This document shows positions 50,277 to 60,234 of a stretch of DNA of 64,000 bases, in pieces; the first letter of the stretch is position 1, and the number at the start of each line of letters is the position of its first letter. The stretch is from contig CAVYRJ010000017.1 in the NCBI GenBank assembly GCA_963770935.1, positions 1-64,000 on the forward strand. The letters run 5' to 3'. The notes under the pieces were generated by a model, which had not been told where the DNA came from, ran no database searches, and saw nothing but the letters and a program-made list of their open reading frames with translations. The position numbers were made by a program, and so were the translations under genes. Source of the DNA: Candidatus Bathyarchaeota archaeon (GTDB lineage: Archaea > Thermoproteota > Bathyarchaeia > Bathyarchaeales > Bathycorpusculaceae).

Positions 50277-51331
50277 ACTTTCTCACCCATATACTCCTTG
50301 TAATTCTCAATAACTTTTGCGAGCTTTGGCGTATTGAACAGTTCTTTGCCGGACATTTCGTTTGCCACAGCCATGTACATTTGGCTGATGACTGTTTTAA
50401 GTTTGAGGTCAAGTTTTGGAGGCTGCGACTTGCAGAGGGATTTCCAATCCTGAACACCCTTTGCTTCCGCGTCCTTTTTCGCCTTCTCCAAATCAGTGTA
50501 CCAATCTGTTTTTTTATAGAATTGGCGTGCAACTTCTTTGCTTACGTGAACGCCCTCGAAAGAAAAGCGACATTCGTCGAGGGTTCCTAAAACATCGACA
50601 AGGATAAGTTGTCTTTTGTCATCGAAAGCTAACTCGATTTTCCCATCTTCATTCTTCAAACCAGCGTTTGCAGCAGCTATAGTGATGGTTTCATCTGCTT
50701 TCAGAAGAATGGCTTTGACGTCAGCAAGTTCTGGGTCAGTTAAGCCTGCGATTTTCTGCGCCTCGGTCCATGTAACGTAACGGTCGGTTTCCTCCAGTTT
50801 TGTGCTGACATCGAATATTGGTTTAGAGAGGGTTTCACCTGGTTGTGGCTGGTGGTCTAATCCAAGGTCTTTTAGGGTCACTTTTCCTTGCGCCAACCGT
50901 TTGAAGACAGAGGAACCTTCGGGCAAGCCGTTGCGGTAGATGATTTCGAGCGGGATAAGGCAGTTTTTCAGCTCAGAAGTGTAAATGCTGTAATCATGAA
51001 TTATTTTGCCTTGGGCAACTGTTGTTTTTGGTCTGTAGACGTTAACCAAAGACACTTCCATGATGCTTGAGGGTGACTCGAGTTCACTGACCTTTACAGC
51101 TTTGCCCTGTTTATTGACCAAGCCTTTGTAGTGGGTCTTAACGCCTTTCTTCTCTAACTGCTCAAAACAGTAAGCACCCATAAGGCACAACGCCGCGCCT
51201 TTGCCTTCAATATGATCAGGCATTTCTCCCCAGTCAAAAACGCTGTAGCGGTCAGAAAAGAGAAATCTGCCTGTACCCATTGCGGTTTGGGTTGGTTTCT
51301 GGATTACTTGTAGGTCTTTTACGCTGCCCAT
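50273..51331 (-). CDS. purC: SAICAR synthetase, long archaeal type
   Basis: MGSVKDL, FSDRYSVFDWG, IPLEIIYRN, STKLE..DR, DGKIE, SKEVARQFY. Confidence 0.95.
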   Translation of the reverse strand: MGSVKDLQVIQKPTQTAMGTGRFLFSDRYSVFDWGEMPDHIEGKGAALCLMGAYCFEQLEKKGVKTHYKGLVNKQGKAVKVSELESPSSIMEVSLVNVYRPKTTVAQGKIIHDYSIYTSELKNCLIPLEIIYRNGLPEGSSVFKRLAQGKVTLKDLGLDHQPQPGETLSKPIFDVSTKLEETDRYVTWTEAQKIAGLTDPELADVKAILLKADETITIAAANAGLKNEDGKIELAFDDKRQLILVDVLGTLDECRFSFEGVHVSKEVARQFYKKTDWYTDLEKAKKDAEAKGVQDWKSLCKSQPPKLDLKLKTVISQMYMAVANEMSGKELFNTPKLAKVIENYKEYMGEKV

Positions 51332-51769
51332 CTTGTTGCCTCAAATTGTTTGTTAATTAGTTGTTTTTGTCCTTATATCGCTTTATCTATCGTTTACGTC
51401 AAAAACAAGGATTGTTAGGATGAACCTTAATCAAACAGCTAACTAAAACCAACCCAAATCAACCCAATGAAGAGAAAATGTTGTTGCAGGCCGCTCCCTG
51501 CAAAGAGTTGCAACAATCACACACAACTCATCCAAAGTCAAAAAAAGGAAAACCAATAACAATTCTAATCCTCCGAAAAAAAATGTACCATTGATATAAT
51601 GGGAGCTATAGAAAAAGGGTAAACTAAGACCTAATAGGTACCCAATTGTTTTCAACAAAAACAAGGGAGATTAAACGAAGGTTTGGCTGAAACTTTATGT
51701 ACTGGAAATGGGCTTTTCTTGGTCTAAGCACGTATTGTGCTAACTAAATTAACTGTCAAGGTTAAGCTT

Positions 51770-52333
51770 ATGACTGAGGCAGCGCCAAATCCAACCCAAA
51801 GTAAAGATCAACCCATAAGAGCTTCCGAACTGGATCCTAAATTTAAGTATGAACTTCAAAAAATTCATGGAAGCGAAAAAATTCTGAAATGTTTCCAGTG
51901 TGGAACCTGCACCTCTGACTGTCCAGTTGCACGCTTCAGCGACAGTTACAGACCGCGAACGCTTATTCATATGGCACAGCTGGGCTTAAAAGACCGCGTT
52001 CTAAACAGTGACACTTTGTGGCTTTGTGCAGCCTGCTTCACATGCACAGACCGCTGCCCCCAAGACGTTGAAGTCGCAGCTGTCATCCGCGTCTTCCGCA
52101 ATTTAGCCGCAGAAAAAGGCTGTGTCCCACAGGTTTTCAAAGACCAAGCTGCAAGCCTTCTCGAATCAGGGTACGCCTACAAAATTCCCGAATTAAGAGT
52201 TAAAAAGCGCGAATCTCAAGGCCTTCCACCTCTGCCAAAAGGAAACCCAGAAAACGTAAAAAAAACCCTCAAAGGCGTAAAATTCATCGAAAAAATCCAA
52301 AAACCCGCAGGAGAAAAACCAAGTGGGCAATAA
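51770..52333 (+). CDS. hdrC: Heterodisulfide reductase subunit C
   Basis: CFQCGTCTSDCP and LWLCAACFTCTDRCPQ. Confidence 0.92.
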   Translation: MTEAAPNPTQSKDQPIRASELDPKFKYELQKIHGSEKILKCFQCGTCTSDCPVARFSDSYRPRTLIHMAQLGLKDRVLNSDTLWLCAACFTCTDRCPQDVEVAAVIRVFRNLAAEKGCVPQVFKDQAASLLESGYAYKIPELRVKKRESQGLPPLPKGNPENVKKTLKGVKFIEKIQKPAGEKPSGQ

Positions 52334-53216
52334 ATACCTCATATTCCTTGGATGCGCTATTCCCTATCGAGTTTCATCTTTTGAAATTTCTTCACGCAAA
52401 GTCCTGTCTAAACTCGGTGTTGAACTCGTTGAAATGCCAGAGTTCAACTGTTGCGGCTTACCTTTAGACCCTGTAAGCCACGAAACCATGCTTATTTTGG
52501 CTGCGAAGAACTTAGCATTAGCAGAACAGCAGAGCTTAAACATTCTCACATTATGTCCAGGTTGCGCTGGAACACTTAAGAAAGTTAACAAAATACTAAA
52601 AGCAGACAAAGCACAAAGAGAGGAAATCAACGCTCATCTCAAAGAAGCAGGTTTAGAATTCAAAGGAACAATTGAAACCAAACATCTTTTGCAGCTGCTT
52701 AAAGAAGATGTAGGGTTAGAAAAAATCAAAGCCTCAGTCGTTAAGCCACTAACAAACCTCAAAGTTGCTGAACACAACGGCTGCCACATCCTAAGACCCA
52801 AAGAATACATTGACTTTGATGACCCAGAAGACCCACAAACACTGAAAATGCTTATAGAAGCCACTGGAGCTACATGTCTAGACTACATTGACGAGACCGA
52901 ATGTTGTGGAGCGCCCAGCGTTGGTGTAAGCGACAAAGTAGCGTTGGCATTGGCAAAAGACAAACTAAGCCACATAAAACAAGTCGATGCACAAGCTTTA
53001 ATCACTATTTGCCCATTTTGCCACATAATGTACGATACAAACGAGTTACGTATAGAGAAACTGTTTAATGAAACCTATGGAATCCCAATTCTTCATTACC
53101 CACAATTACTCGGGTTAGCCATGGGTATGACACCTGAAGAGTTAGCCTTCAACGAACTTCGAGTAAACGCATCAAACCTGCTAAAACATGTAAATCAAGG
53201 AGCAAACAAACCATGA
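52323..53216 (+). CDS. hdrB: Heterodisulfide reductase subunit B
   Basis: Two CCG domains: FLGC..FNCCG..CPGC and HNGCH..ECCG..CPFC; PILHYPQLLGLAMG. Confidence 0.93.
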   Translation: MGNKYLIFLGCAIPYRVSSFEISSRKVLSKLGVELVEMPEFNCCGLPLDPVSHETMLILAAKNLALAEQQSLNILTLCPGCAGTLKKVNKILKADKAQREEINAHLKEAGLEFKGTIETKHLLQLLKEDVGLEKIKASVVKPLTNLKVAEHNGCHILRPKEYIDFDDPEDPQTLKMLIEATGATCLDYIDETECCGAPSVGVSDKVALALAKDKLSHIKQVDAQALITICPFCHIMYDTNELRIEKLFNETYGIPILHYPQLLGLAMGMTPEELAFNELRVNASNLLKHVNQGANKP

Positions 53217-54202
53217 GTCAAAACAAACTAAAAATCGCCTTCTATTGGGCTGCAAGTTGTGGCGGCTGCGAAATAGCTGTCTTAGACTTAAACGAGAAAA
53301 TCCTCGATGTAGTAAAAATAGCCGATATAGTTTTCTGGCCAGTAGCTATCGACATTAAATACAAAGATGTTGAAGCGCTTCCAGACAAACACATAGACAT
53401 AACCTTCTTCAACGGCTCCATCCGCAATTCAGAACAAGAACACATGGCAAAAGTACTAAGAGCAAAATCCAAGACTCTTGTTGCTTTCGGCTCATGCGCC
53501 CATGAAGGCTGCGTTCCAGGCTTAGCAAACCTAAGCGACAAACAAGAGATTTTTGAGCAAGTTTACATAAAAGACAAATCAAACGTTAATCCCCAGGCAA
53601 CAATTCCCAAGACTCAAACCCAAGTCAAAGAAGGCACCCTAAAAATCCCAGAATTCTACGATACCGTAAAAACCCTAGCACAAACAGTTGATGTTGACTA
53701 TTACCTCCCAGGTTGCCCACCCCCAGTTAAGCTAATCGCGGCAGCAGTTGACGCCATCGCAAGCAACAAACTTCCACCCAAAGGCTCAGTTTTAGCTCCA
53801 CTCAAAGCAGTATGTGATGAATGCCCAAGAAAACGCGAAAACAAAAAAATCGACAAAATCTACCGAGTCTACGAGAAAACGCCTGAACCAGAAAAATGCC
53901 TGATGGAACAGGGTATAGTTTGCATGGGAATGGCAACCAGAAGCGGCTGTGGTGCTCAATGCTTAAAAGTTGATATGCCATGCACAGGTTGCGGTGGACT
54001 AGCCCCTAATGTTCCAGAGCAAGGAGCAGCCATGATAACTGCCTTAGCATCAATTCTCGGCTACGACGGCGTAGAAGGAAAAACCAAGTACACTGAAGAA
54101 GAAATTGAAGACTTAATGAACCAAATTAAAGACCCAGTTGGCACAGTGTACATGTACAGTCTACCAAATTCCATCTTAAAAAGAAAGGTGATTAAAAAAT
54201 GA
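53213..54202 (+). CDS. mvhG: F420-non-reducing [NiFe] hydrogenase small subunit
   Basis: SCGGC, AFGSCA, PGCPP, VCDEC, CLMEQGIVCMGMATRSGCGAQC..PCTGC. Confidence 0.92.
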   Translation: MSQNKLKIAFYWAASCGGCEIAVLDLNEKILDVVKIADIVFWPVAIDIKYKDVEALPDKHIDITFFNGSIRNSEQEHMAKVLRAKSKTLVAFGSCAHEGCVPGLANLSDKQEIFEQVYIKDKSNVNPQATIPKTQTQVKEGTLKIPEFYDTVKTLAQTVDVDYYLPGCPPPVKLIAAAVDAIASNKLPPKGSVLAPLKAVCDECPRKRENKKIDKIYRVYEKTPEPEKCLMEQGIVCMGMATRSGCGAQCLKVDMPCTGCGGLAPNVPEQGAAMITALASILGYDGVEGKTKYTEEEIEDLMNQIKDPVGTVYMYSLPNSILKRKVIKK

Positions 54203-55656
54203 AAGAAATAGTAATAGACCCAATCACACGCCTTGAAGGACACGGAAACGTATCCATATTTTTAAACGACCAGGGCGAAGTAGAAAACGCTTACCTCAAA
54301 ATACCCGAACTACGCGGCTTTGAGAAATTCTGCATTGGCAGAAGAGCAGAACTCATGCCCCAGTTAACCACAAGAATCTGCGGTGTCTGTCCCGTTGCCC
54401 ACCACTTCGCCGCAACCAAAGCGTTAGATGCCGCATTCAACGTTGAACCAACCTCTGCAGCAAAGAAACTACGAGAACTCATGTACGCAGCTTACTACAT
54501 TTACGACCACACTTTGCACTTCTACTATCTAGGTGGACCAGACTTCATCGTTGGACCAGATGCACCAGCAGAAAAACGCAACATATTAGGCGTCATCGAA
54601 AAAGTAGGCATGCCCATTGCGGCAGAAGTTATAAAACATCGTGCTTACGGGCAGAAAATAACTGAAATCATCGGCGGAAAAGCAACCCATCCAACCTGCG
54701 GATTGCCAGGCGGAATCTCCAAACCGCTAAGCGAGGAGAACAGGCAAGAAATCGAAAAGATGGCAGCCTCCTGCGTGGGTTTTGCACAGTTCTCATTGAA
54801 AATCTTCCATGATATCGTTTTGGGCAACAGCAAATATGTGGACATGATTTTGAGCCAAGCTTACACTATGCCAACCTACTACATGGGTATGGTTGACCAA
54901 AACAACAAAGTCAATTTTTACGACGGCAAAATCCGCGTGGTTGACCCGGCTGGCAAAGAATTCCTCAAGTTCGAATCCAAAGACTACCTCAAACACATCG
55001 GCGAACACGTCGAAGAATGGACCTACAGCAAATTCCCATACCTTAAAGCAATAGGCTGGAAAGGACAAGTTGCAGGTGCAGACAGCGGCGTTTACCGGGT
55101 TGGTCCACTTGGACGCTTAAACGCTTCAGATGGCATGGCGACACCACTTGCACAGGCAGAATACCAAGAAATGTATAAAACATTAGGCGGCAAACCAGTC
55201 CACAGTACACTTGCTTTCCATTGGGCGCGGTTGATTGAATTGCTCTACGCAACAGAAAGAACCATGGAGCTCGTAAAGGACCCCGAAATCACAAGCACAA
55301 ACGTACGCAACAAACCAGGCGAACCAGGACAAGGCGTTGGAATCGTTGAAGCTGCACGCGGCACACTCATCCACGATTACACCCTTGACAAGGATGCACT
55401 AGTCAAAGACGTTAACCTAATCGTTGCAACCACCAACAATTATCCTGCAATCTGCATGAGCGTACGTGACGCAGCAAAAGGCCTAATCCATGGCGGCAAA
55501 GTCGACCAAGGCATCTTAAACAAGGTTGAAATGGCGTTCCGCGCATACGACCCATGCTTTGGCTGCGCAACACATGCCGCAGTCGGACAAATGCCATTGA
55601 CTGTAGAAGTTTTCAACGCTCAAAAACAGTTAGTTAACTCGGTTAGTCGCCAGTAG
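54199..55656 (+). CDS. mvhA: [NiFe] hydrogenase large subunit, group 3c
   Basis: DPITRLEGH, L1 RICGVC, EAARGTLIH, L2 DPCFGCATH plus cleavable C-terminal extension. Confidence 0.95.
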   Translation: MKEIVIDPITRLEGHGNVSIFLNDQGEVENAYLKIPELRGFEKFCIGRRAELMPQLTTRICGVCPVAHHFAATKALDAAFNVEPTSAAKKLRELMYAAYYIYDHTLHFYYLGGPDFIVGPDAPAEKRNILGVIEKVGMPIAAEVIKHRAYGQKITEIIGGKATHPTCGLPGGISKPLSEENRQEIEKMAASCVGFAQFSLKIFHDIVLGNSKYVDMILSQAYTMPTYYMGMVDQNNKVNFYDGKIRVVDPAGKEFLKFESKDYLKHIGEHVEEWTYSKFPYLKAIGWKGQVAGADSGVYRVGPLGRLNASDGMATPLAQAEYQEMYKTLGGKPVHSTLAFHWARLIELLYATERTMELVKDPEITSTNVRNKPGEPGQGVGIVEAARGTLIHDYTLDKDALVKDVNLIVATTNNYPAICMSVRDAAKGLIHGGKVDQGILNKVEMAFRAYDPCFGCATHAAVGQMPLTVEVFNAQKQLVNSVSRQ

Positions 55657-55707
55657 CCCTTTTTTGTGGGCAACCTGTTTTATCATTTTTAAATTTATTC
55701 TCTTATC

Positions 55708-56205
55708 ATGGGTGCTTCCATGGCGGATACAATCGAAAAAGACTTAAAAAACTGGTTTGCCAACGCAAACAAAATTGTCTTAGCGGGAATAGGTAATCCA
55801 ATACGCAAAGACGATGATGTTGGATTAAAAATAGTTCAAAGCCTGCAAGGAAAGGTTCCAGAAAATGTTTGCCTACTAGAATGCGAGACCGTTCCAGAAA
55901 GCTACATCTTAGATATAGAGCAGTTTAAGCCAACTCATGTCTTGTTGATTGATGCCGCTTTTTTGGGTTTAAAACCCGGGGAAGCAAGACTTCTTGACAC
56001 CGAAGAAATTAAGGATTTTCCCGCTATAACGACGCATATGTTGCCTTTGAAGATTTTCTGCGAGTACGTTAAGCAGGCAACTGGAGCAAAAATTGCCTTG
56101 TTGCTTATAGAACCAACAAGTATTGAATTTGGTGAAGGCTTGAGCAATGAAGTTGAGGCAGCATCAGAGAGACTATCAAAGTTACTTCTTGAGATGCTGG
56201 GTTAG
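55708..56205 (+). CDS. hycI: Hydrogenase maturation endopeptidase (HycI-like)
   Basis: GIGNPIRKDDDVG, ETVPE, IDAA, TTHMLPL. Confidence 0.9.
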   Translation: MGASMADTIEKDLKNWFANANKIVLAGIGNPIRKDDDVGLKIVQSLQGKVPENVCLLECETVPESYILDIEQFKPTHVLLIDAAFLGLKPGEARLLDTEEIKDFPAITTHMLPLKIFCEYVKQATGAKIALLLIEPTSIEFGEGLSNEVEAASERLSKLLLEMLG

Positions 56206-56666
56206 GGTTCTTTTCTTTTGAAAACATAGTTGGCACTAAGCTTTATTTTGCCCTTGGAATAATCAGTTTCTTTCACTTCAATCTGATCTTTACTTACCCA
56301 GTTTATCGTTATTTTTTCTTCCAAATCCTCTTTTTTATAGCAGCCCTTCCAGCTGAATTCAAGAGTTTTGTCATCTATCCAATCGCCCACATGATCATGA
56401 GCATCGCCATGCGAGGTTACGCTAAAAAGGTGCATTTTACCGGCGGCTTGGTCAAAACTCCAAATATCACTTTCAAAGTAATCATCTTCTCCATCGATAT
56501 GAATGTCCATTTCGGAGCTAATGCCTAATGGGGATCGCATTTCTTTAGCTGTCATCGTTCCGCAACCAGAAATAAGTTTGCCGTTGGATGTTTTCATCGC
56601 TATTCCCACAACCCATTCTCCGATTAACTGCTCAAGCAACTTTAACGCTCTGATTTGTTGTACCAT
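56202..56666 (-). CDS. DUF1579-like beta-barrel hypothetical protein
   Basis: LEQLIGEW N-terminal motif, beta-rich; start re-called at ATG 56666. Confidence 0.55.
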   Translation of the reverse strand: MVQQIRALKLLEQLIGEWVVGIAMKTSNGKLISGCGTMTAKEMRSPLGISSEMDIHIDGEDDYFESDIWSFDQAAGKMHLFSVTSHGDAHDHVGDWIDDKTLEFSWKGCYKKEDLEEKITINWVSKDQIEVKETDYSKGKIKLSANYVFKRKEP

Positions 56667-56750
56667 AAAAATCAACCCTAAAAAATCAGCATCCAACAAA
56701 CGAAATAAGGCTAATAAAGGCTTGTGGTTGGTGGCTTACAACAACGGAAA

Positions 56751-56787
56751 AGTTGTCAAGAAAAATTTGTTAAAAACGGATTTAAGC
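56751..56787 (+). promoter_or_regulatory. Variant of the conserved operator/promoter motif upstream of the ArsR-like gene
   Basis: AGTTGTCAAGAAAAATTTGTTAAAAACGGATTTAAGC. Confidence 0.5.
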
Positions 56788-56822
56788 GCTTATGAAACAC
56801 TATGGTTCTGAGGCAAAAGCAA

Positions 56823-57386
56823 ATGATGAATCAAAATGAGCAAATAGAAAACGTCACTTTCCAATCATTAGCACACCCAACCCGAAGAACAATAATTAGA
56901 ACCGTTCAATCCAGAAACCAAGGCATCTCATACACTGAACTGATTACAGAACTTGGAATGTCAACTGGAAAACTAAACTACCATTTGGAACAATTGAAAG
57001 GTCTAATAGAAAAAAATAGCAATCAACATTACGTTCTCACTCCCTTTGGCAAAAAAGCCATCGAGCACCTTAATCTCATAGAGCAGAAAATTAGTCCTGA
57101 AGATGAAAAATACGTTAAAATTGCCGTTCTATCCCAAAAAACAAGCCTTCAACCTATAGTAAAAGCATTCCTAACAATCAGCATTCTGCTGTCAGCTGTT
57201 CTAACTGCCATATGGGTTTTCCTAGTTTATGTATTCATAACAGAGGGCGCACCACTAATAATTTACATTCTTATGCCAGTTTTGATAGCGGTTGGCTTTG
57301 GCTTGATTGGCACACTGACATATTCTTTGGTTAAAGCACCATCATGGATTAAACGGTTTGAGCAAAGATTCTTCGGAGAACCTTAA
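56823..57386 (+). CDS. ArsR-like winged-helix regulator with two C-terminal TM helices
   Basis: FQSLAHPTRRTII, ISYTELI..GKLNYHL..L, YVLTPFG; two hydrophobic helices. Confidence 0.88.
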   Translation: MMNQNEQIENVTFQSLAHPTRRTIIRTVQSRNQGISYTELITELGMSTGKLNYHLEQLKGLIEKNSNQHYVLTPFGKKAIEHLNLIEQKISPEDEKYVKIAVLSQKTSLQPIVKAFLTISILLSAVLTAIWVFLVYVFITEGAPLIIYILMPVLIAVGFGLIGTLTYSLVKAPSWIKRFEQRFFGEP

Positions 57387-57451
57387 CAGCCCTTTTTTCT
57401 AATTAAAATTTAATTAGCTAGTTCCCCTTAGCATTGTACAGTGAAGTAGTT

Positions 57452-57931
57452 ATGGCTGGAATAGCAGTAATCATTATGGGTTCAGAGCGGGATTTGGATT
57501 TTTCCCGTGAAATCGCCAAGTACCTAAGACTTTTAGGCGTAAACTACGAGTTCCGTGTTGCTTCTGCCCATAAAACTCCCGAGAAAGTGCTTGAAATAAT
57601 CAAAGAATTCGAGACGGAAAAAGTGGTTTTTGTCACTGTTGCTGGGCGCTCAAACGCACTTAGCGCTTTTATCGATGGGAACACATCTAAACCCGTTATT
57701 GCGTGTCCACCATACAGCGAGAAATTCGGCGGAGCCGATATCTTCTCTTCGCTTAGAGTGCCCAGCGGCATCGGTAGCGTCGTGACTATTGAGCCTGAAG
57801 GAGCAGCAATCGCAGCAACAAAAATCCTCTCGCTCCAAGACGTGAACCTTGAAGCCAACGTGAAGACCTATCAAGAGAGCAAAAAGAAAGAACTTGACAA
57901 AGCCAACGAATCAGTAAAAAAACTAAAGTAA
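57452..57931 (+). CDS. purE: AIR carboxylase / N5-CAIR mutase
   Basis: IIMGSERD, ASAHKTP, VAGRSNAL, PVIACPP, SSLRVPSG. Confidence 0.93.
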   Translation: MAGIAVIIMGSERDLDFSREIAKYLRLLGVNYEFRVASAHKTPEKVLEIIKEFETEKVVFVTVAGRSNALSAFIDGNTSKPVIACPPYSEKFGGADIFSSLRVPSGIGSVVTIEPEGAAIAATKILSLQDVNLEANVKTYQESKKKELDKANESVKKLK

Positions 57932-58231
57932 CCTCTAAGGCTTTTTTCTACAGCCCCTTATTTATTTGCAGATCGAAAAATTTGAACCCATCGATAGCAT
58001 TTAAATCTCATCTAAATAATTCCAAACATTCTGCTTAACCAAGCCGCTACTGTTAATCATAGTTTTAATTTCGGCAGTCTACTTTGTGTTATTCTCGCCT
58101 TTTAAAGGCGTATTGCCACTTCTATTTATCATTGCAGTCACCATAATTGCTTCAGTGGCGCTGTTCGGCATTATACTTTCGCTAAGCTTTGAGAAAAGAA
58201 ATAGAAATTTAAGGCACTAAAAAAGAAGTTG

Positions 58232-58513
58232 TTATTCTCTACATTGTCTGAGGTTACGTAGTTCCTCGATGGTTTTATTCAAAATTGCCTTATCAGATAT
58301 AGATTCAACATTAGAGACAGGCAAGCAAACTACGACTTTTCCCAGGTAAGGATGCTTGAACCCCATTTTATTTGATGCTTCCTCAGATAATGCCACATAC
58401 AGATTGATTATTTTCCAATTGCTCATGTCTAATTCTGCGCTATGCACTTCGCCAAGCAAAAAACCGTCTGAAGTGAAAGCGGGTTTCCAAAATAACTTTG
58501 TGATTTCAACCAT
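58232..58513 (-). CDS. PRC-barrel domain protein
   Basis: L..K.AFTSDG..LGEV...LD..W.I..L.V ... LPVS.V..I.D. Confidence 0.75.
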   Translation of the reverse strand: MVEITKLFWKPAFTSDGFLLGEVHSAELDMSNWKIINLYVALSEEASNKMGFKHPYLGKVVVCLPVSNVESISDKAILNKTIEELRNLRQCRE

Positions 58514-58625
58514 TAAAAAACCTTCAACTAAATAAATATCAAGCGCTTCTTTATATCTGTTTTTTAGACGCACTGATGCAGAAGCGTTTTTTACTTTCCA
58601 AGAGAATAGTTATGTGGTGTTTTTA

Positions 58626-59016
58626 TTGTCGACTTCTGAAAAACAATCCAACCTCAAACCACTTACCCCTGAAGAAGAACAGGTTATAGTTTACAAAGGC
58701 ACCGAAATGCCCTTCACAGGCAAATACTACGCGTTTTGGGAAAAAGGCACCTACGTATGCAAACGTTGTGGCGCAAAACTGTACCGTTCTGAGAACAAGT
58801 TTGAAGCAAACTGCGGGTGGCCAAGCTTTGACGACGAAATTCCCAGGCGCTGTTAAAAGGCTACCTGACCCCGATGGAAGGCGAACAGAAATCCAATGTG
58901 TCAACTGCGGCGCTCACCTCGGGCACGTTTTCACCGGTGAACATTTCACCGAAAAAAACACGAGGCACTGTGTTAATTCAATGTCGATGGATTTCATTCC
59001 AGACAAAACTTCGTAG
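58626..59016 (+). CDS. msrB: Methionine-R-sulfoxide reductase MsrB; +1 frameshift near 58843
   Basis: [42 protein letters not shown]. Confidence 0.92.
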
Positions 59017-59079
59017 TTTAGACACGAAAGAGTTATAGAATACTTAGCGCAAGTTGGCATTAAAAGAGCGGTTAGCGCT

Positions 59080-59856
59080 TTGGTGGACATCTTAGGAGCT
59101 CAAATTTCGCTTTCGACAATATTTGAAATATTAATAATTGCCATAGTAGCAATTACGTTTGAGAGATTAATCAGCCGTTATCTAACAGGCTTTGCCAAAC
59201 GTATCAAACTTGAACCTAGCGCAAGCAACAACCTTGTTTTAACCTTCCGAATACTTATTCTAATATTTGCGGTCTTAGCGATAAGCAGTGTTGGCGGAGT
59301 ACAAGCAGAATGGTTGCTGGCTGTGTCAGCTATAGGTGGCGCCGCGCTGGGTTTCGCGTCACAAAAAACTATCGGCAACTTTCTGGCTGGACTCTTCCTT
59401 TTGGCAGCAAAACCTTTCAAAGTGGGTGATTATGTAAAAATCGGCACTGTTGAAGGAATAGTTCAAGAAATCACTATCAACTATGCCAAAGTGTTGACTG
59501 CATCTAACAACACCATTTCAGTAAGTAACCTACAAATTTTGGATCGAGACATAACCAATTACCTCTACGAATCATCTAAGACGCACAACCTTTACTGTTA
59601 CACCTTTGAAATCGGATTTGACCATAGTATCCCATCAGAAAAGTTAAACCAAATATTCAACCAAATCTTCGATAGTTACTCAATAGTGTTGCCGAGGAAA
59701 CCAACCTGTATGCTTATTCGCTCAACCAGCTTAGATAGAGTATACTTAATCTACCTCTACGTGGATAAACCCCAAGACATCTTCACGTTAAGACCAAGAA
59801 TCGCCGATGAAGTTTTTCAACGTTGGGATGTAGAGAGAGCAAAACTAAAGAAATAA
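59080..59856 (+). CDS. Small-conductance mechanosensitive channel (MscS family)
   Basis: GAALGFASQKTIGNFLAG, KPFKVGDYV, GIVQEI. Confidence 0.9.
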   Translation: MVDILGAQISLSTIFEILIIAIVAITFERLISRYLTGFAKRIKLEPSASNNLVLTFRILILIFAVLAISSVGGVQAEWLLAVSAIGGAALGFASQKTIGNFLAGLFLLAAKPFKVGDYVKIGTVEGIVQEITINYAKVLTASNNTISVSNLQILDRDITNYLYESSKTHNLYCYTFEIGFDHSIPSEKLNQIFNQIFDSYSIVLPRKPTCMLIRSTSLDRVYLIYLYVDKPQDIFTLRPRIADEVFQRWDVERAKLKK

Positions 59857-59889
59857 CTTCCACAGACCACTTCATATAAGAGGATAATT

Positions 59890-60234
59890 ATGCCAAACAA
59901 AGAAAAAGAAAAACCCAAACAATTAACAGCGAAAGCATCTAACCTTTCAGGCTTAATCGAATATCAGGAAGGCTCAGTTGTTAGCCGCACCATAATCGAT
60001 AAGAAAACTGGAACGGTGACGCTGTTTGCGTTTGACGAGAATCAAGGCTTAAGCGAGCACACGGCCCCCTACGATGCGATGGTTTACGTGATTGAAGGTG
60101 AAGTCAATGTTACCATTGCAGGCAAACCCATAAGTCTAAAGCAGGGCGAAGTAACCATCATGCCGGCAAACCAACCGCACGCCCTAACTGCAAAGTCAAA
60201 GTTCAAGATGCTTCTAACAATGATAAAATCCTAA
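59890..60234 (+). CDS. Cupin-domain protein
   Basis: VTLFAFD..QGLSEHTAP, VIEGE, MPANQPHAL. Confidence 0.9.
   Translation: MPNKEKEKPKQLTAKASNLSGLIEYQEGSVVSRTIIDKKTGTVTLFAFDENQGLSEHTAPYDAMVYVIEGEVNVTIAGKPISLKQGEVTIMPANQPHALTAKSKFKMLLTMIKS

Noticed and set aside
54199-55656. [NiFeSe] hydrogenase or split VhuA/VhuU
   Set aside because: L2 motif is DPCFGC with Cys codons in a single ORF
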